Positions 63,255-64,000 of a DNA stretch of 64,000 nucleotides are shown in pieces. The translations under genes and the position numbers were made by a program. Location of the stretch: assembly GCA_023269615.1 (NCBI GenBank), contig JAHFSY010000006.1, positions 11,033 to 75,032 of the forward strand, written 5' to 3'. The stretch is from Verrucomicrobiota bacterium (lineage in GTDB: Bacteria; Verrucomicrobiota; Verrucomicrobiia; JABWAM01). How positions within the stretch are numbered: position 1 is the stretch's first letter; each line of letters begins with the position of its first letter. The notes beneath the pieces are model-generated. The model searched no databases. It saw nothing but the letters and a program-made list of their open reading frames with translations, and was not told the origin of the DNA.

Positions 63255-64000
63255 ATGTTTTCCCTCAAGAACAAGACGGCATTGGTGACCGGCTCCACCT
63301 TTGGAATCGGCCTGGGCATCCTCCAGGTCCTGGCCCGCGCCGGGGCCAACGTGGTGATGAACGGCCGCAAGACGCCGCCCGATCTCGACCAATTGCTGAA
63401 AGAACTTTCGTCCCACGGAAACCGCGCGATTTTCATCCCGGCCGACGTCAGCCAGGCGAAGGATCGCGAGAGGCTGTTTCAGGAATCCCTCAAGGCCTTC
63501 GGGCGGTTTGACATCCTGGTCAACAACGCCGGCTCTTTTTTTGACAGCGGATGGGATCGGCTGAACGAGGAGACGTTCGACAGCACGATGAACCTGAATG
63601 TCAAAGCCACGTTTTTCATGTCGAAGCGGGTGATTGATCACTGTCGGGAATTGAAACAGAAGGGGAGCATCGTGCTCGTGGCCTCGACCAATTCGTTCGC
63701 CGCCGAGCGCGGCTCGCCTTGTTACGACACCTCCAAGGGCGCGTTGCTGATGATGACCCGGTCCCTTGCAGTCCAGACTTTCAAGGATTCCGTCAACGTC
63801 AACGCGCTTTGTCCGGGCCTGGTGGATACTCCCCTGGTGCGAAAGCTTGCCGGGGACGATGCCACGTTCAACATGATCGGCAGGAATGTTCCCAAGGGGC
63901 GGTTCTGCACCATCGAGGAATGCGGTTATGCGGTCCTTTACATGGTCAGTGACGAAGGGCAGTACATGACCGGGCAGCACATCACGCTGGACGGCGGCAT
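63255..64000 (+). CDS. short-chain dehydrogenase/reductase (3' end outside window)
   Basis: Not in the track because there is no stop inside the window. TGSTFGIGLG, NNAG, and the YDTSKGAL catalytic YxxxK. Confidence 0.8.
   Translation, partial: MFSLKNKTALVTGSTFGIGLGILQVLARAGANVVMNGRKTPPDLDQLLKELSSHGNRAIFIPADVSQAKDRERLFQESLKAFGRFDILVNNAGSFFDSGWDRLNEETFDSTMNLNVKATFFMSKRVIDHCRELKQKGSIVLVASTNSFAAERGSPCYDTSKGALLMMTRSLAVQTFKDSVNVNALCPGLVDTPLVRKLAGDDATFNMIGRNVPKGRFCTIEECGYAVLYMVSDEGQYMTGQHITLDGG

Overview
GC-rich bacterial chromosomal segment. Gene content and repeat style suggest a PVC-superphylum, Verrucomicrobiota-like organism, but that is inference only. I call about 60 protein genes and one tRNA. 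There is no rRNA, CRISPR array, integrase or transposase.

Housekeeping content:
- rlmD-like methyltransferase, tsaC, icd, an aquaporin, aguB/aguA, queE
- a MoxR-DUF58-BatA/B/D/E aerotolerance-type operon
- rpmH-rnpA-yidD-yidC-jag
- recA and adk

Main result: a selenium island at about 46.5-55 kb.
- tRNA-Sec (anticodon UCA) is followed by selD, selA, a SelW/Rdx-like gene and selB. selD and the SelW-like gene each carry an in-frame UGA.
- Directly downstream are three genes for exported proteins that each carry one in-frame TGA: a TlpA/thioredoxin-like protein (W-U-G-P-C), an FG-GAP/VCBS repeat protein (G-U-C) and a small secreted protein.
- Each of the five TGAs is followed 13-25 nt downstream by a short GC-rich hairpin with G-U in the apical loop, which is SECIS-like.
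- The ORF track splits or misses all five genes.
- As far as I know, the FG-GAP protein and the small secreted protein are not described selenoprotein families.

Second theme: the window is littered with short tandem repeats (mostly 7-nt units) and with GTAG...CTAC REP-like hairpins. Several of these sit in frame inside conserved genes: selB, aguA, rluA-like and an MBOAT-like gene.

A tightly overlapping operon of mostly uncharacterised membrane, redox and lipid-type genes (8.4-14.5 kb) lies behind a GbsR/MarR-type regulator.

Start codons are my best choice from the sequence context and may be off by a few codons. All family assignments come from motif recognition, not from database searches.
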